Of a stretch of 64,000 nucleotides of DNA, positions 1 through 11,974 are shown one piece after another. Each line of letters starts with the position of its first letter. The stretch's first letter is position 1. The position numbers were made by a program, and so were the translations under genes. Origin of the DNA: Eledone cirrhosa (taxonomy: Eukaryota); assembly GCA_964016885.1 (NCBI GenBank), contig OZ024740.1, forward strand, positions 241,304,001 to 241,368,000. Reading direction: 5' to 3'. The notes below the pieces were generated by a model. That model saw only the letters and a program-made list of their open reading frames with translations. It did no database searches and had not been told where the DNA came from.

Positions 1-1040
1 TTATCTTAAGAACTTGTTGGTAGAAGTCAGTAAGATACCTCCGATAGAATATCAGTTTTCTGTACCAGTAGCCTATCACAGTCTCACGGGTACCCTCACT
101 TATTTCGTATGTTTTTGTTGTAGTGTAGGAGCAATAGTTCTTTCGGATTTCTCTTAGCCCCACTGCATCTTGGTTGAAATTCTTCTTTTCACCCCATATT
201 TTGCTCCAAAAGGAATCTATGTCTTTCTGGGATGGGGCCTCACTTATTATTTTGTTCTTCATATCTCTATAGACTGATGTTTGGTTTCATCTGGATCTTT
301 TATTAAGCACCTCTCTCTCCTCTACCTTCTTCAGGTATCGGCGTTTTTCGCTAACAGCTCTCAATTCTTGTTTGAGGGTGATCAGCTCATATTGAAGAGT
401 TCTGGTTCTACTGTTACCAAACATCGTCTCTATTTCAATTTTCACTCTTTGTTGGTGACAAGTGAGGTTTTTTTGTGTTTGTTTGCATGTAAGGAGCATT
501 GTCACATATCCTATGGTTTTTCGTAGGTCAGAAATCTTTTTTTCTATTTTAGTTATATATGATGGTATTTTTGGTGGTGTTCTGTTCTTGATAAGATCTC
601 TGCTATCACTGTCGTTGCTAAGGCATATAAACAGGCGTTGATTTTCCAAAATGTTGGGGTTTTTATCTGTCGTAAATACTCATGCCCTATTTCGTCAATA
701 ACACGTAATATTTCATTATTTGGTTTTTTATTAAATATTGTTGTTTTAATACATTCAGCAACAGAAATGTTTATACATGAATTCATTTCTCTCTGGAAGA
801 TTTCTTTGAGGGAAATTTTCAACTGTTTATACTTTTGATTATCATCATTATTGATAGTATTTTCCACAATAGTCGAGGTAGACTCGGATGGTACACGTGG
901 TGTCAAATTTCTTCGATTATTATTAGGTTCAGGCCTCGTGTTCAGGCCCCGAAAAAATATATCGCAGTCTCGTTCCAACGCTGTAAGAACTGGTGATGGG
1001 CCTGTGATATATAATGGGAGGCGTGGGACAGACACATTTT
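1..1040 (-). mobile_element. R4/Dong-clade (RLE) non-LTR retrotransposon, N-terminal ORF remnant, frameshifted; continues off the window
   Basis: Minus ORFs 553..1035 and 287..649 give WKINACLYALATTV and KIEKKISDLRKTIGYV; near 210-150 the minus strand reads FWSKIWGEKKNFNQDA. These are typical pre-RT segments of R4/Dong ORFs. Confidence 0.7.
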
Positions 1041-1604
1041 GTTTGATGTAATTATATATTCAAGAGACTTTAAATCAATCATCTCATCTGCAGACTTAAG
1101 TCTGGATCATCGCACTTTGGAGGTGGACAATATCAGTTACCTGTTGTATAACTATAATTCACAGAGGATCAACAGAATCATGTTTGTTCTTCAATACTAT
1201 AGAAAAGAATCTTCACAAGATAGATTTTATACAAGTAATACTTCACCTCCTCTTTTATAGAAGTAATACTTCACCTTGTTAACACCCACTGCTGTCTTTT
1301 TATTCATTAAGCGTAATATATTACACACACGCGCACGCACGCACACACACACACATACCCCCCCCATACACACACACCACATACTCACACGCACACAGAT
1401 ACATACACACCACACACACATACACATACAGACACTAACACACGTTCCACCTCTCCAACTACACACCCACACACATACATATACGCTACAACCACAGCCC
1501 CCTCCCAACTCACTTCCGTTCTGCGTGCGCCAACCACTCTCCCTCCCCTCCTCCTCTCCCACTTTCAGAAACGATGTCACGAACTCTTCTCTGACCTGTA
1601 TTTA

Positions 1605-1606
<2 letters not shown>

Positions 1607-1683
<77 letters not shown>

Positions 1684-1700
1684 ACACAAACACACACACA
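1607..1700. repeat. (CA)n microsatellite
   Basis: Direct dinucleotide run. Confidence 0.95.
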
Positions 1701-1724
1701 CAGAAGCCTGAGCAGTGCACTCTA

Positions 1725-2445
1725 CATGTAAAGAGAATTCTACTGAAGCAGGTAGAGAAGTTCAAGTATCTCGGGGCCATGATCACGAGTGATAGAAGGC
1801 AGCAGGCTGAATTAAGTGCAGGAATTGCAGGAGCTGGTGCAGTAATGCACCAGTTTCAGCATTCAGTAATCAAAAGAAGGGAGGTAGGTGTAAAAGCCAA
1901 ACTCACTGTCTTCAATTCAGTATTCATGCCAGCCCTTACCTAAGGTCATGAATCTTGGGTAATGACCGAAAGAATACGATCATGAATATAGAGTTCCTCC
2001 GATATGGAGTTCCTCCGAACTGGAATTGGAAAAAAATGTCTTTAGAACGGTCTTTGAAGTAACGTTACTCGATAAAATGCGTAGCTCGGAGATCAGATAT
2101 TTACTCCAAGTAGAGCCGCTACTTCCTCGAATTGAGAGATCACAGCTCCGATACTATGGCATGTGGTGAGAATGTCTCAGGAAAGAATCGCTGGACAGAT
2201 TTTACGGGCAGAATCAACCGGCAGGAGACTCATGGGTAGACCCTGAGCAAGATGGTTGGATAACATCCATGAGCTTGGCTGGTCTCACTTGGGGATCCAG
2301 CCGGATCCAGATAGGAGCTTCTGACAGCACCCGACGGAAGGAGTGTTTGAATACTCTCCCCCCACGACACTCTCGGGAATAACTGAGCGAAGAAGAAGAA
2401 GAAGAAGAAGAAGAAGAAGAAGAAGAAGAAGAAGAAGAAGAAGAA
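1725..2445 (+). mobile_element. RTE-clade LINE 3' fragment with (GAA)n tail
   Basis: Translates LKQVEKFKYLGAMITSD...KAKLTVFNSVFMPALT*GHESWVMTE...SQLRYYG...GRRLMGRP*ARWLDNI; (GAA)n at 2389-2445. Confidence 0.85.
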
Positions 2446-2859
2446 TATAATGTGGATTATTCATGTGTAATCTCATATTTGTGTATACATGTATCTATAC
2501 TATTCACAAAGAAACGCAAGAGCAAGTGTTATATACATTAGACTTATATCGACATTGAAAGTCTAGTAGAGTGTGACAAAACGTTTATCATCTGACTGAC
2601 ATGAAAGAATATCGAAAGAAGTTAAAGCAACTTCCACAAGAATAAATTTTAGTCACCATTTGCGCATGAAACTAGAAAAAATATATGAAATATCTATAGA
2701 AAATATATAATAGTGGTGTTTCATACATCAATTTTTATGTTATTGTATTAAATACGTTTGTACAGTGTATGTAAACGTTCGGCAAACATACAAACATGCT
2801 TGCAAATGTTCAGTTAATAAACAGAACACGTTTATATACGAGCCTTATCTTTATATATA

Positions 2860-2972
2860 TTTGAAACAATTCTAGTCCTGTATAAGTCATTTCCATATAT
2901 ATACCATAAAGACGAATGTATTGAGTACGTTTTTTAACTATGGATACCTCCCGACGCATCTCGGGAATCTAC
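2860..2972 (+). mobile_element. Decayed 3' end of HHR mini-element family A
   Basis: gaaacaattctagtcctgta...gtattgagtac...cccgacgcatctcgggaatctac matches 5249-5360. Confidence 0.55.
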
Positions 2973-3089
2973 ATATGTGTGTGTGTGTATATATATATAT
3001 ATGTAAAAGGTAAACAGAAATAACAACACAATCGGTACAGTATATGGAAGGAATATTTTAGGTTAAAGCTTGAAATAGTTGGAAGAAGG

Positions 3090-3125
3090 TCTTAACGTTT
3101 CGGACGCTAGTCCTTCAGCAGAAGA
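3090..3125 (-). ncRNA. Minimal type I hammerhead motif, core deviation A6C, in a pLTR-like fragment (about 3002-3180)
   Basis: Minus strand: tctt CTGCTGA a ggac tagc gtcc GAAA cg TT aaga; stem I tctt/aaga; palindromic AACGTT helix III. Confidence 0.6.
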
Positions 3126-3493
3126 AAGAATGAGAAATAAGATAGATTGAAGGGACGAGGGGGGGGGGATGTCTTTAGATAAAAATAACAGGTCCATTCA
3201 TGACGACATCTCTTGGAAATCTGTTGGTGCTGGCGTTTTGAGTATGATTTATGTTTTTAGAAAAGTGGATGATGGAGCGCGTCTACCTTAAATGGAAAAA
3301 AAAACATTTTGTAAAAAGCTATTTTTGTGCACGTGCGTAGGCATGTGTGTGTGTGTGTTATTATAAGTCCGTACGAAGCTAAGACGAAATGTGTGTGTAT
3401 ATGTAAGTAAAAGAGTGTGTACTTGTAAGTATATGTTGATTTAAAACTGCACTATTCACAAGTGTTTTTTAACCTTCATATCATGTCTCCCTA

Positions 3494-3560
3494 TTTTATC
3501 TGACGAAAACGCAAATGTCATCGCATGATGATATTTGTTTTTGAAATACGCATAATAAAA
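3494..3560 (+). ncRNA. Type I hammerhead with long stem II (family B element ending at about 3689)
   Basis: ttttat CTGACGA aaac gcaaatgtcatc gcat gatgatatttgt tttt GAAA tacgca TA ataaaa. Confidence 0.75.
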
Positions 3561-3685
3561 TACATGGAACTCTTTTAACCATCTTTTGATCTTATATATT
3601 ATTTATACTCCCGTCCTACAAATTGTAGAGTGCTACTTATCCGATATCTGTATTGCTTTATTGTATTACAATAAAACTCACCTCC

Positions 3686-3742
<57 letters not shown>

Positions 3743-3859
3743 TAGCAGAATGGCCCGGCGTTGCTCGGGATTCTAAACATAGATTGGCATGTTTATCCCT
3801 CCTTTCTGAAACAGAACAGAGAAGTACGGAATACCTCGGCCTCGGGATGGTGTCTACAT

Positions 3860-4420
3860 TTTGTGCCTATAAAAAGAATTCTTCGTAGATTACCAGGGTT
3901 TTTTCCCTGCGAAGAAAATCAATACTTTATCGTGAAATAAATACTTTTGTTTATATTTTGTTATTGTGTATGCAAAAATATCTGTACACGAATATATAAT
4001 TATATATATATCTAGAAAAAAGATCCAATTACAGCAATGGTCCAGAACGGTGGAAGTGATTGAGTGGTTTAACGGCCTGCAGTGCAAAGGTAGGACATAT
4101 TTTATACAGCTTGATATATGTTGCTATTACGCATCCATATCGCCGGTGGTTCTTAACAAGGCACTTATTTAACCAGGGATGAAATTAACATCATCCATAC
4201 TGTCAGGAAGACACTGATAGGTTTCGACAGTGAGCTCTGGACTAGGAGAAAGTGGCCGGACAATTTTGACATCACGATGGGATCGAGCGACTCGGCGCAG
4301 GTTTACAGTGACCTGAAAAGTGAGATCCCTTCGTTAGGCGGTGGAATATACCGCGACGATGCGTTGTTTACGTTACTCGACCACAGCAACAGCATGATAA
4401 ATAGGACTAGAAAGAACGGG
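3860..4420 (+). pseudogene. Decayed Penelope-like RT fragment
   Basis: QQWSRTVEVIEWFN...FIQLDICCYYASIS and FDITMGSSDSAQV...GIYRDDAL; homologous to ORF 6375..7628. Confidence 0.8.
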
Positions 4421-4637
4421 ATGGGTGATGGGCGGTGTTGGTGTTTGTTGTCGTTGTCATTGTTGTTGTTACTGTTTATGGTCATGGTGATTGATACCAC
4501 CAACTCTGTGTACCCACCTACCTCTGAACTCCTTTTTCTCGATTGCATGCAGAACCGTAGAAATAATTATTATGTTTAAACGATATATGTAACCTCAGCA
4601 TCTTATTTTATTATTTATATATATATATCTATATATA

Positions 4638-4752
4638 TTAAAATGACAGATTAAAGTTTAAGCAAAGAATCGTTGCTTTCACCCTTAACGGGATCTTCTG
4701 AAACTAAAAAAATCAATCTGTGAACGCAGAAGTAAATATTTCGAAAAACGTT
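4638..4752 (-). mobile_element. Solo pLTR fragment of PLE-1 with HHR (4655-4705)
   Basis: Closely matches 5998-6111 and the reverse complement of 8510-8622. Confidence 0.85.
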
Positions 4753-5103
4753 ACACACACACTATATATATATATATACACACACTATATATATACATAT
4801 ATATACACACACACACACACATAGCGTCATAATGTCGTAATGCAGACAGCCAGACATACAGACAGATATTATAAGGGCGCAACGTTATATCTATGTATCT
4901 ATCTAAAAAGAAAGACTAAGAATTATAGAGAGAGATCGCTAAATCGCCTAATGCGGTCCCTAGGGCATTGAAAATTTGAAATTTTCTTTGCTCAAAACAC
5001 TCAACAGGACTATGAGTATTACATGTATAAAGTTTGAAAAAAGTCGGTTGGGTGGTCCTCGAGTTTTAGGGAGTCAGACAGACAGACAGACAGACATTCT
5101 CTG

Positions 5104-5150
<47 letters not shown>

Positions 5151-5154
<4 letters not shown>

Positions 5155-5360
5155 TATTTTATAGAAGGAGCTTCTACAGGACTAGTACTGTTTCATTCAG
5201 ATGAAATCTTCAGGAAGCAGAAGAGCTTCCTGAAGATTTCATCTGAATGAAACAGTACTAGTCCTGTAGAAGCTCCTTCTATAAAATAAAAAAATTTTAC
5301 TCTGCCATGTATTGAGTACCTTACTTACTGTGGTTATCCCCGACTCAACCCGGGACCTAC
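5151..5360 (+). mobile_element. Fold-back HHR mini-element family A, inserted in (TA)n
   Basis: Inverted arms 5151-5218 / 5225-5292, then a unique tail ending gggacctac|gtatat. Confidence 0.85.
5223..5275 (+). ncRNA. Type I hammerhead ribozyme (mirror copy on minus at 5168-5218)
   Basis: gagcttc CTGAAGA t ttc atct gaa t GAAA cag tactagtc ctg TA gaagctc: 7-bp stem I, GUA cleavage triplet. Confidence 0.85.
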
Positions 5361-5377
5361 GTATATATATATATATA

Positions 5378-5825
5378 TGTAGAGGTTATATTTTATTTGT
5401 TGGGATACAACAAGCAAAATATTTTTATAACTGATATAAAACACTCAACAAATTATTGGAGTAAATATACAATATATTAACAAATGGAAACTATATTTAT
5501 AAAATCATATTTATTTCATTATACACATTTCAAGGGCCACCAAGGCAAACTATGGTGCGCTTTCATCAGATAAAATATAGTATAGGTTAGTTTTATAAAT
5601 AAATATTGACATACGCTGAAAAAATACAACTATTCTGGTTGTATAACCAGGAGATTCCAACCAGAATGGTTGCATTTTTTCAGGGTATGTCAATATTTAT
5701 TTATAAAACTAACCTATATTATATTTTATCTGATGAAAGCGCACCCTAGTTTGCCTTGGTGGCCCTTGAAATATGTATAATGAAATAAATATGGTTTTAT
5801 AAATATAGTTTCCATTTGTTAATAT

Positions 5826-5832
<7 letters not shown>
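5378..5832 (-). mobile_element. Fold-back HHR mini-element (family E) between (TA)n tracts
   Basis: Inverted arms about 5466-5641 / 5657-5832; the left arm has a unique tail to 5378. Confidence 0.85.
5723..5786 (+). ncRNA. Type I hammerhead (mirror copy on minus at about 5512-5575)
   Basis: attttat CTGATGA aagcgcacc...ggtggccctt GAAA tatgta TA atgaaat. Confidence 0.7.
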
Positions 5833-5908
<76 letters not shown>

Positions 5909-6374
5909 ATAATAATAAAATTGAAGACTAAATCCAGAGAGGGCTCGATAAGGAAAATATATATCAAATATATAAGAACCGAAGAGCAAATATTTATTAA
6001 AATAACAGATTAAAGTTTAAGCAAAGAATCGCTGCTTTCACCCTTAACGGGATCTTCTGAAACTAACAAAGTCAATCTGTAAACGCAGAACTGGATATTT
6101 CAAAAAACGTTGCAACCGGAGGAAGACAGGAAGACGATACTTTGGTTCATGGTGACGTTCGCTGGCAAAGAACGGGAAAAAACGAATAATACGTCATTAA
6201 TAGGAGCGGTGAAAAACAATTACGTGCAAGGACAGAACCACGTTTATGGTATAAAAGAGGTCGTAGACTAATGTTCTCTAAGTTGTGCATAGAGACGTTC
6301 TCTGGCAATGAACGAAAAAACGAAGATAATAAGTCATCCTTAATGTTGATGTCATCCTTAATGCCCGAAAGTCG

Positions 6375-7628
6375 GTGATTAATTTCGACGATTCTATTTG
6401 GATTAAAAAATCCAATAGTACCCCATTCGACGTGAGTATGGGCGCCAGTGACTCTGCGGAGGTTACTGATCTTATTGGCCTTTTCCTTCTTTTCTCTATC
6501 AAGGACGAATTCCCCAACGCGGGCTGTGGTTTGTACCGTGACGATGGCCTTTTGACCATGACTAAGTGCGAACCTCGTGCTTGCGACAGATTCAGAAAAG
6601 AACTCACAGCCTTCTTTAAAGGCTTCAACTTCTCTATACAGGTTGAGGCCAATCTCTCGGTCGTTAATTACCTCGACGTTACCCTCAATTTATTGAATGG
6701 GTTGCATTACCCGTATAGAAAGCCGAATGATACGCTTAATTACATAAGTAAGCATTCCAACCATCCTGCCAGCATAACCAAGAACCTGGTAAAAAACGTT
6801 TCGTTGAGGCTTTCCCGTCTTTCCACCAACGAGCGCATTTTCAACGACCATTCCACTTATTACAATGAAGCTCTTGCTCGAAGTGGATTTGTCGATAAGG
6901 TAGCATATACAGAGTACGAGAATAGACCTAGAAGAAATAGATCCCGTCGCATTTGTTGGTTTAACCCACCATATAATATGGAGGTGGCCACACCATTAGC
7001 TAAGATCTTTCTTTCCCTTATTACGAAGCATTTTCCCCCTACACATAAATATAGTAACATTTTTAATAGAAACACTATTAAAATTTCTTACTCAACGACT
7101 CCTAACCTTGCACATAACATCACAGCTTCAAATTTAGCTAAAATACCTAGCCGTAGGAACACGTGCAACCCTGTAGTTAGTACTAACTGTAATTGTAGGA
7201 ATCGGGCTGATTGTCCCCTATCCGGGAAATGCCTCTCTAGTAACATTGTCTACAAATGTAAGGTTGTAACACCCACGTTCCGTAGGGCCTACATAGGGTT
7301 AACCGCCAATAGTTTCAAGCAGCGTCTTTACATTCATACCCATTCTTTTCGTTACCCTCTAAGAAAGAATATGACGTCACTTTCAGCTTATATCTGGAGT
7401 CTAAAAGACAACCACACCCAATATAAGTTACACTGGGAGATCCTAGCTAGGGCTAGATCGTATAACGGAAATAAAAGACCATGTGACCTCTGCGCCGCTG
7501 AGGCCCTGGAAATACTCTACGCCACAGACCACATCTTAAACAATAAATCTGAGGCAATTTCGGCTTGTAAACATAAATTGCACAAAACTTTCCTGTATTA
7601 CAGCCCTACGTTATACCCTAACGGATAG
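6375..7628 (+). CDS. Penelope-like RT C-terminal half + GIY-YIG endonuclease; open frame, 5'-truncated
   Basis: FDVSMGASDSAEV, GLYRDDGL, NYLDVTLNL, YRKPND, SNHP, WFNPPY, CNCRNRADCPLSGKC, VYKCKV...YIGLT, CDLC. Confidence 0.93.
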   Translation: MINFDDSIWIKKSNSTPFDVSMGASDSAEVTDLIGLFLLFSIKDEFPNAGCGLYRDDGLLTMTKCEPRACDRFRKELTAFFKGFNFSIQVEANLSVVNYLDVTLNLLNGLHYPYRKPNDTLNYISKHSNHPASITKNLVKNVSLRLSRLSTNERIFNDHSTYYNEALARSGFVDKVAYTEYENRPRRNRSRRICWFNPPYNMEVATPLAKIFLSLITKHFPPTHKYSNIFNRNTIKISYSTTPNLAHNITASNLAKIPSRRNTCNPVVSTNCNCRNRADCPLSGKCLSSNIVYKCKVVTPTFRRAYIGLTANSFKQRLYIHTHSFRYPLRKNMTSLSAYIWSLKDNHTQYKLHWEILARARSYNGNKRPCDLCAAEALEILYATDHILNNKSEAISACKHKLHKTFLYYSPTLYPNG

Positions 7629-8555
7629 CACGATCTATACGTGGATATTTACGTCTTGATGTGGGAGCTAAGTATATGTTTTGTTTATTCCTTTACTTAT
7701 TTGCATAGGTAAGTATATATTACCCGTATGTTTTGTGAAGGTATGTATACCTTCTCGTACGTATATTTGACTGTTTTGGCGTATAATCTTTTACATATTC
7801 TGGTATTTAGGGCTTGGTTATGTGTATATGGGAGTTTTGCGTCTGCGTGAGTATGCAGGTTCGTACGTATGGTGGGTGTGTGTATATGTGTACTTCTTGT
7901 TTTAGTTGACTTACGTCTCCGAACCTTCATGTATTTATTTGTAGGTATGTGTGTGCGCTTGTTATATACGTATTTATTTACTTATATACGTTTATATAAT
8001 TATTTATTTATTTGTACACAAGCATACACACATACACATATTTATATGTGCGTGGTTTTGTATACCTATGGTAAGGTTTTGCGTATGCTTGTGTATGTAC
8101 GTTTCTGTTTGCGTGTATGTATTTATTTGTTCCTATTACTTTTGTACTGTATTTATTTACTTTGTTCTTAACTCTGTAGCGGAGATTCATTCGGTCTCCT
8201 AGTTAGAATTTTAGTCTACGACTTCTGCTATACCATTTATGTGGTTTTGTCTTTGCACGCTATTGTTCTCCACGCTCCATATATGACTTATTATCTTCGT
8301 TTTTTCGTTCATTGCCAGAGAACATCTCTATGCACCACTTAGAGAACATTAGTCTACGACCTCTTTTATACCATAAACGTGGTTCTGTCCTTGCACGTAA
8401 TTGTTTTTCACCGCTCCTATTAATGACGTATTATTCGTTTTTTCCCGTTCTTTGCCAGCGAACGTCACCATGAACCAAAGTATCGTCTTCCTGTCTTCCT
8501 CCGGTTGCAACGTTTTTTGAAATATCCAGTTCTGCGTTTACAGATTGACTTTGTT

Positions 8556-8606
8556 AGTTTCAGAAGATCCCGTTAAGGGTGAAAGCAGCGATTCTTTGCT
8601 TAAACT
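8556..8606 (+). ncRNA. pLTR hammerhead, core variant CAGAAGA (copies on minus at 6014-6064 and 4655-4705)
   Basis: agttt CAGAAGA t ccc gttaa ggg t GAAA gcag cgattct ttgc TT aaact. Confidence 0.7.
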
Positions 8607-8622
8607 TTAATCTGTTATTTTA

Positions 8623-8654
<32 letters not shown>

Positions 8655-8657
<3 letters not shown>

Positions 8658-8831
8658 TTATTCCGGGTTGAGTCGGAAGTAACCACAGTAAGTAAGGTAC
8701 TCAATACATAGAAGAGTATAAATGTTTTAATATAGAAAGCTTCTACAGGACTAGAACTGTTTCATTCGTGAGGTATCATCATGAGGTGCCTGATGATTTC
8801 TCACGAATGAAACAGTTCTAGTCCTGTAGAA
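8655..8831 (-). mobile_element. Fold-back HHR mini-element family A, second copy
   Basis: Reverse complement of the 5230-5360 tail, plus a short inverted arm CTGATGA tttctcacgaat GAAA cagttctagtcctg TA at 8790-8830. Confidence 0.8.
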
Positions 8832-8850
8832 TATATATATATATATATAT

Positions 8851-11030
8851 TGGAATAAATGCTCTGAAATAGCGATATATATGTGAATATAGACATAGAA
8901 TATTCGAAAATATTCTGTATGTTTATAATAAACATTTTGAAGACCTAATCGCTATAGAATAGAATACGTCACGTATTACAATTAGATTCTCGATAAAAGC
9001 AAGGGAAGTAATCTACGCGTTTCATTCTCGTTAGAAATCATCAGGACTACATATCCAGTGCTTTTATCGAGAATGACACAGCTAGAGACTTATAGAATAC
9101 TTAGCTGTGTACAGGAACTGGTTTGAAAGAGCGGTTGCCGGTCCGGCAGAAATTAGAAATTGGAATAAATGCTCTGAAATAGCGATATATATGTGAATAT
9201 AGACATAGAATATTCGAAAATATTCTGTATGTTTATAATAAACATTTTGAAGACCTAATCGCTATAGAATAGAATACGTCACGTATTACAATTAGATTCT
9301 CGATAAAAGCAAGGGAAGTAATCTACGCGTTTCATTCTCGTTAGAAATCATCAGGACTACATATCCAGTGCTTTTATCGAGAATGACACAGCTAGAGACT
9401 TATAGAATACTTAGCTGTGTACAGGAACTGGTTTGAAAGAGCGGTTGCCGGTCCGGCAGAAATTAGAAATTGGAATAAATGCTCTGAAATAGCGATATAT
9501 ATGTGAATATAGACATAGAATATTCGAAAATATTCTGTATGTTTATAATAAACATTTTGAAGACCTAATCGCTATAGAATAGAATACGTCACGTATTACA
9601 ATTAGATTCTCGATAAAAGCAAGGGAAGTAATCTACGCGTTTCATTCTCGTTAGAAATCATCAGGACTACATATCCAGTGCTTTTATCGAGAATGACACA
9701 GCTAGAGACTTATAGAATACTTAGCTGTGTACAGGAACTGGTTTGAAAGAGCGGTTGCCGGTCCGGCAGAAATTAGAAATTGGAATAAATGCTCTGAAAT
9801 AGCGATATATATGTGAATATAGACATAGAATATTCGAAAATATTCTGTATGTTTATAATAAACATTTTGAAGACCTAATCGCTATAGAATAGAATACGTC
9901 ACGTATTACAATTAGATTCTCGATAAAAGCAAGGGAAGTAATCTACGCGTTTCATTCTCGTTAGAAATCATCAGGACTACATATCCAGTGCTTTTATCGA
10001 GAATGACACAGCTAGAGACTTATAGAATACTTAGCTGTGTACAGGAACTGGTTTGAAAGAGCGGTTGCCGGTCCGGCAGAAATTAGAAATTGGAATAAAT
10101 GCTCTGAAATAGCGATATATATGTGAATATAGACATAGAATATTCGAAAATATTCTGTATGTTTATAATAAACATTTTGAAGACCTAATCGCTATAGAAT
10201 AGAATACGTCACGTATTACAATTAGATTCTCGATAAAAGCAAGGGAAGTAATCTACGCGTTTCATTCTCGTTAGAAATCATCAGGACTACATATCCAGTG
10301 CTTTTATCGAGAATGACACAGCTAGAGACTTATAGAATACTTAGCTGTGTACAGGAACTGGTTTGAAAGAGCGGTTGCCGGTCCAGCAGAAATTAGAAAT
10401 TGGAATAAATGCTCTGAAATAGCGATATATATGTGAATATAGACATAGAATATTCGAAAATATTCTGTATGTTTATAATAAACATTTTGAAGACCTAATC
10501 GCTATAGAATAGAATACGTCACGTATTACAATTAGATTCTCGATAAAAGCAAGGGAAGTAATCTACGCGTTTCATTCTCGTTAGAAATCATCAGGACTAC
10601 ATATCCAGTGCTTTTATCGAGAATGACACAGCTAGAGACTTATAGAATACTTAGCTGTGTACAGGAACTGGTTTGAAAGTGCGGTTGCCGGTCCGGCAGA
10701 AATTAGAAATTGGAATAAATGCTCTGAAATAGCGATATATATGTGAATATAGACATAGAATATTCGAAAATATTCTGTATGTTTATAATAAACATTTTGA
10801 AGACCTAATCGCTATAGAATAGAATACGTCACGTATTACAATTAGATTCTCGATAAAAGCAAGGGAAGTAATCTACGCGTTTCATTCTCGTTAGAAATCA
10901 TCAGGACTACATATCCAGTGCTTTTATCGAGAATGACACAGCTAGAGACTTATAGAATACTTAGCTGTGTACAGGAACTGGTTTGAAAGAGCGGTTGCCG
11001 GTCCGGCAGAAATTAGAAATTGGAATAAAT
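8851..11030 (-). repeat. Tandem array: 7 x 310-bp HHR-containing units (non-LTR retrozyme-like)
   Basis: Unit starts at 8851, 9161, 9471, 9781, 10091, 10401, 10711, (11021). HHR on minus at 9008-9050 and every +310. Confidence 0.95.
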
Positions 11031-11974
11031 ATTCTATGTCTATATTCACATATATATCGCTATTTCAGAGCATTTATTCCAATTTCTAATTTCTGCCGGA
11101 CCGGCAACCGCTCTTTCAAACCAGTTCCTGTACACAGCTAAGTATTCTATAAGTCTCTAGCTGTGTCATTCTCGATAAAAGCACTGGATATGTAGTCCTG
11201 ATGATTTCTAACGAGAATGAAACGCGTAGATTACTTTCCTTGCTTTTATCGAGAATCTAATTGTAATACGTGACGTATTCTATTCTATAGCGATTAGGTC
11301 TTCAAAATGTTTATTATAAACATACAGAATATTTTCGAATATTCTATGTCTATATTCACATATATATCGCTATTTCAGAGCATTTATTCCAATTTCTAAT
11401 TTCTGCCGGACCGGCAACCGCTCTTTCAAACCAGTTCCTGTACACAGCTAAGTATTCTATAAGTCTCTAGCTGTGTCATTCTCGATAAAAGCACTGGATA
11501 TGTAGTCCTGATGATTTCTAACGAGAATGAAACGCGTAGATTACTTCCCTTGCTTTTATCGAGAATCTAATTGTAATACGTGACGTATTCTATTCTATAG
11601 CGATTAGGTCTTCAAAATGTTTATTATAAACATACAGAATATTTTCGAATATTCTATGTCTATATTCACATATATATCGCTATTTCAGAGCATTTATTCC
11701 AATTTCTAATTTCTGCCGGACCGGCAACCGCTCTTTCAAACCAGTTCCTGTACACAGCTAAGTATTCTATAAGTCTCTAGCTGTGTCATTCTCGATAAAA
11801 GCACTGGATATGTAGTCCTGATGATTTCTAACGAGAATGAAACGCGTAGATTACTTCCCTTGCTTTTATCGAGAATCTAATTGTAATACGTGACGTATTC
11901 TATTCTATAGCGATTAGGTCTTCAAAATGTTTATTATAAACATACAGAATATTTTCGAATATTCTATGTCTATA

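Larger units (their letters stand above)
3742..5115 (-). mobile_element. Non-autonomous Helitron-like element containing Penelope fragments
   Basis: Minus 3' end has hairpin cccgagcaacgccggg plus CTAG|T at 3742-3770; the 5' end near 5070-5115 reads tatataacagagaat(gtct)n, as in non-autonomous Helitrons. Confidence 0.6.
5905..8630 (+). mobile_element. Penelope-like element PLE-1, 5'-truncated, with inverted pseudo-LTR
   Basis: 5990-6337 is the near-perfect reverse complement of 8283-8630; RT + GIY-YIG ORF inside; (TA)n on both flanks. Confidence 0.95.
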
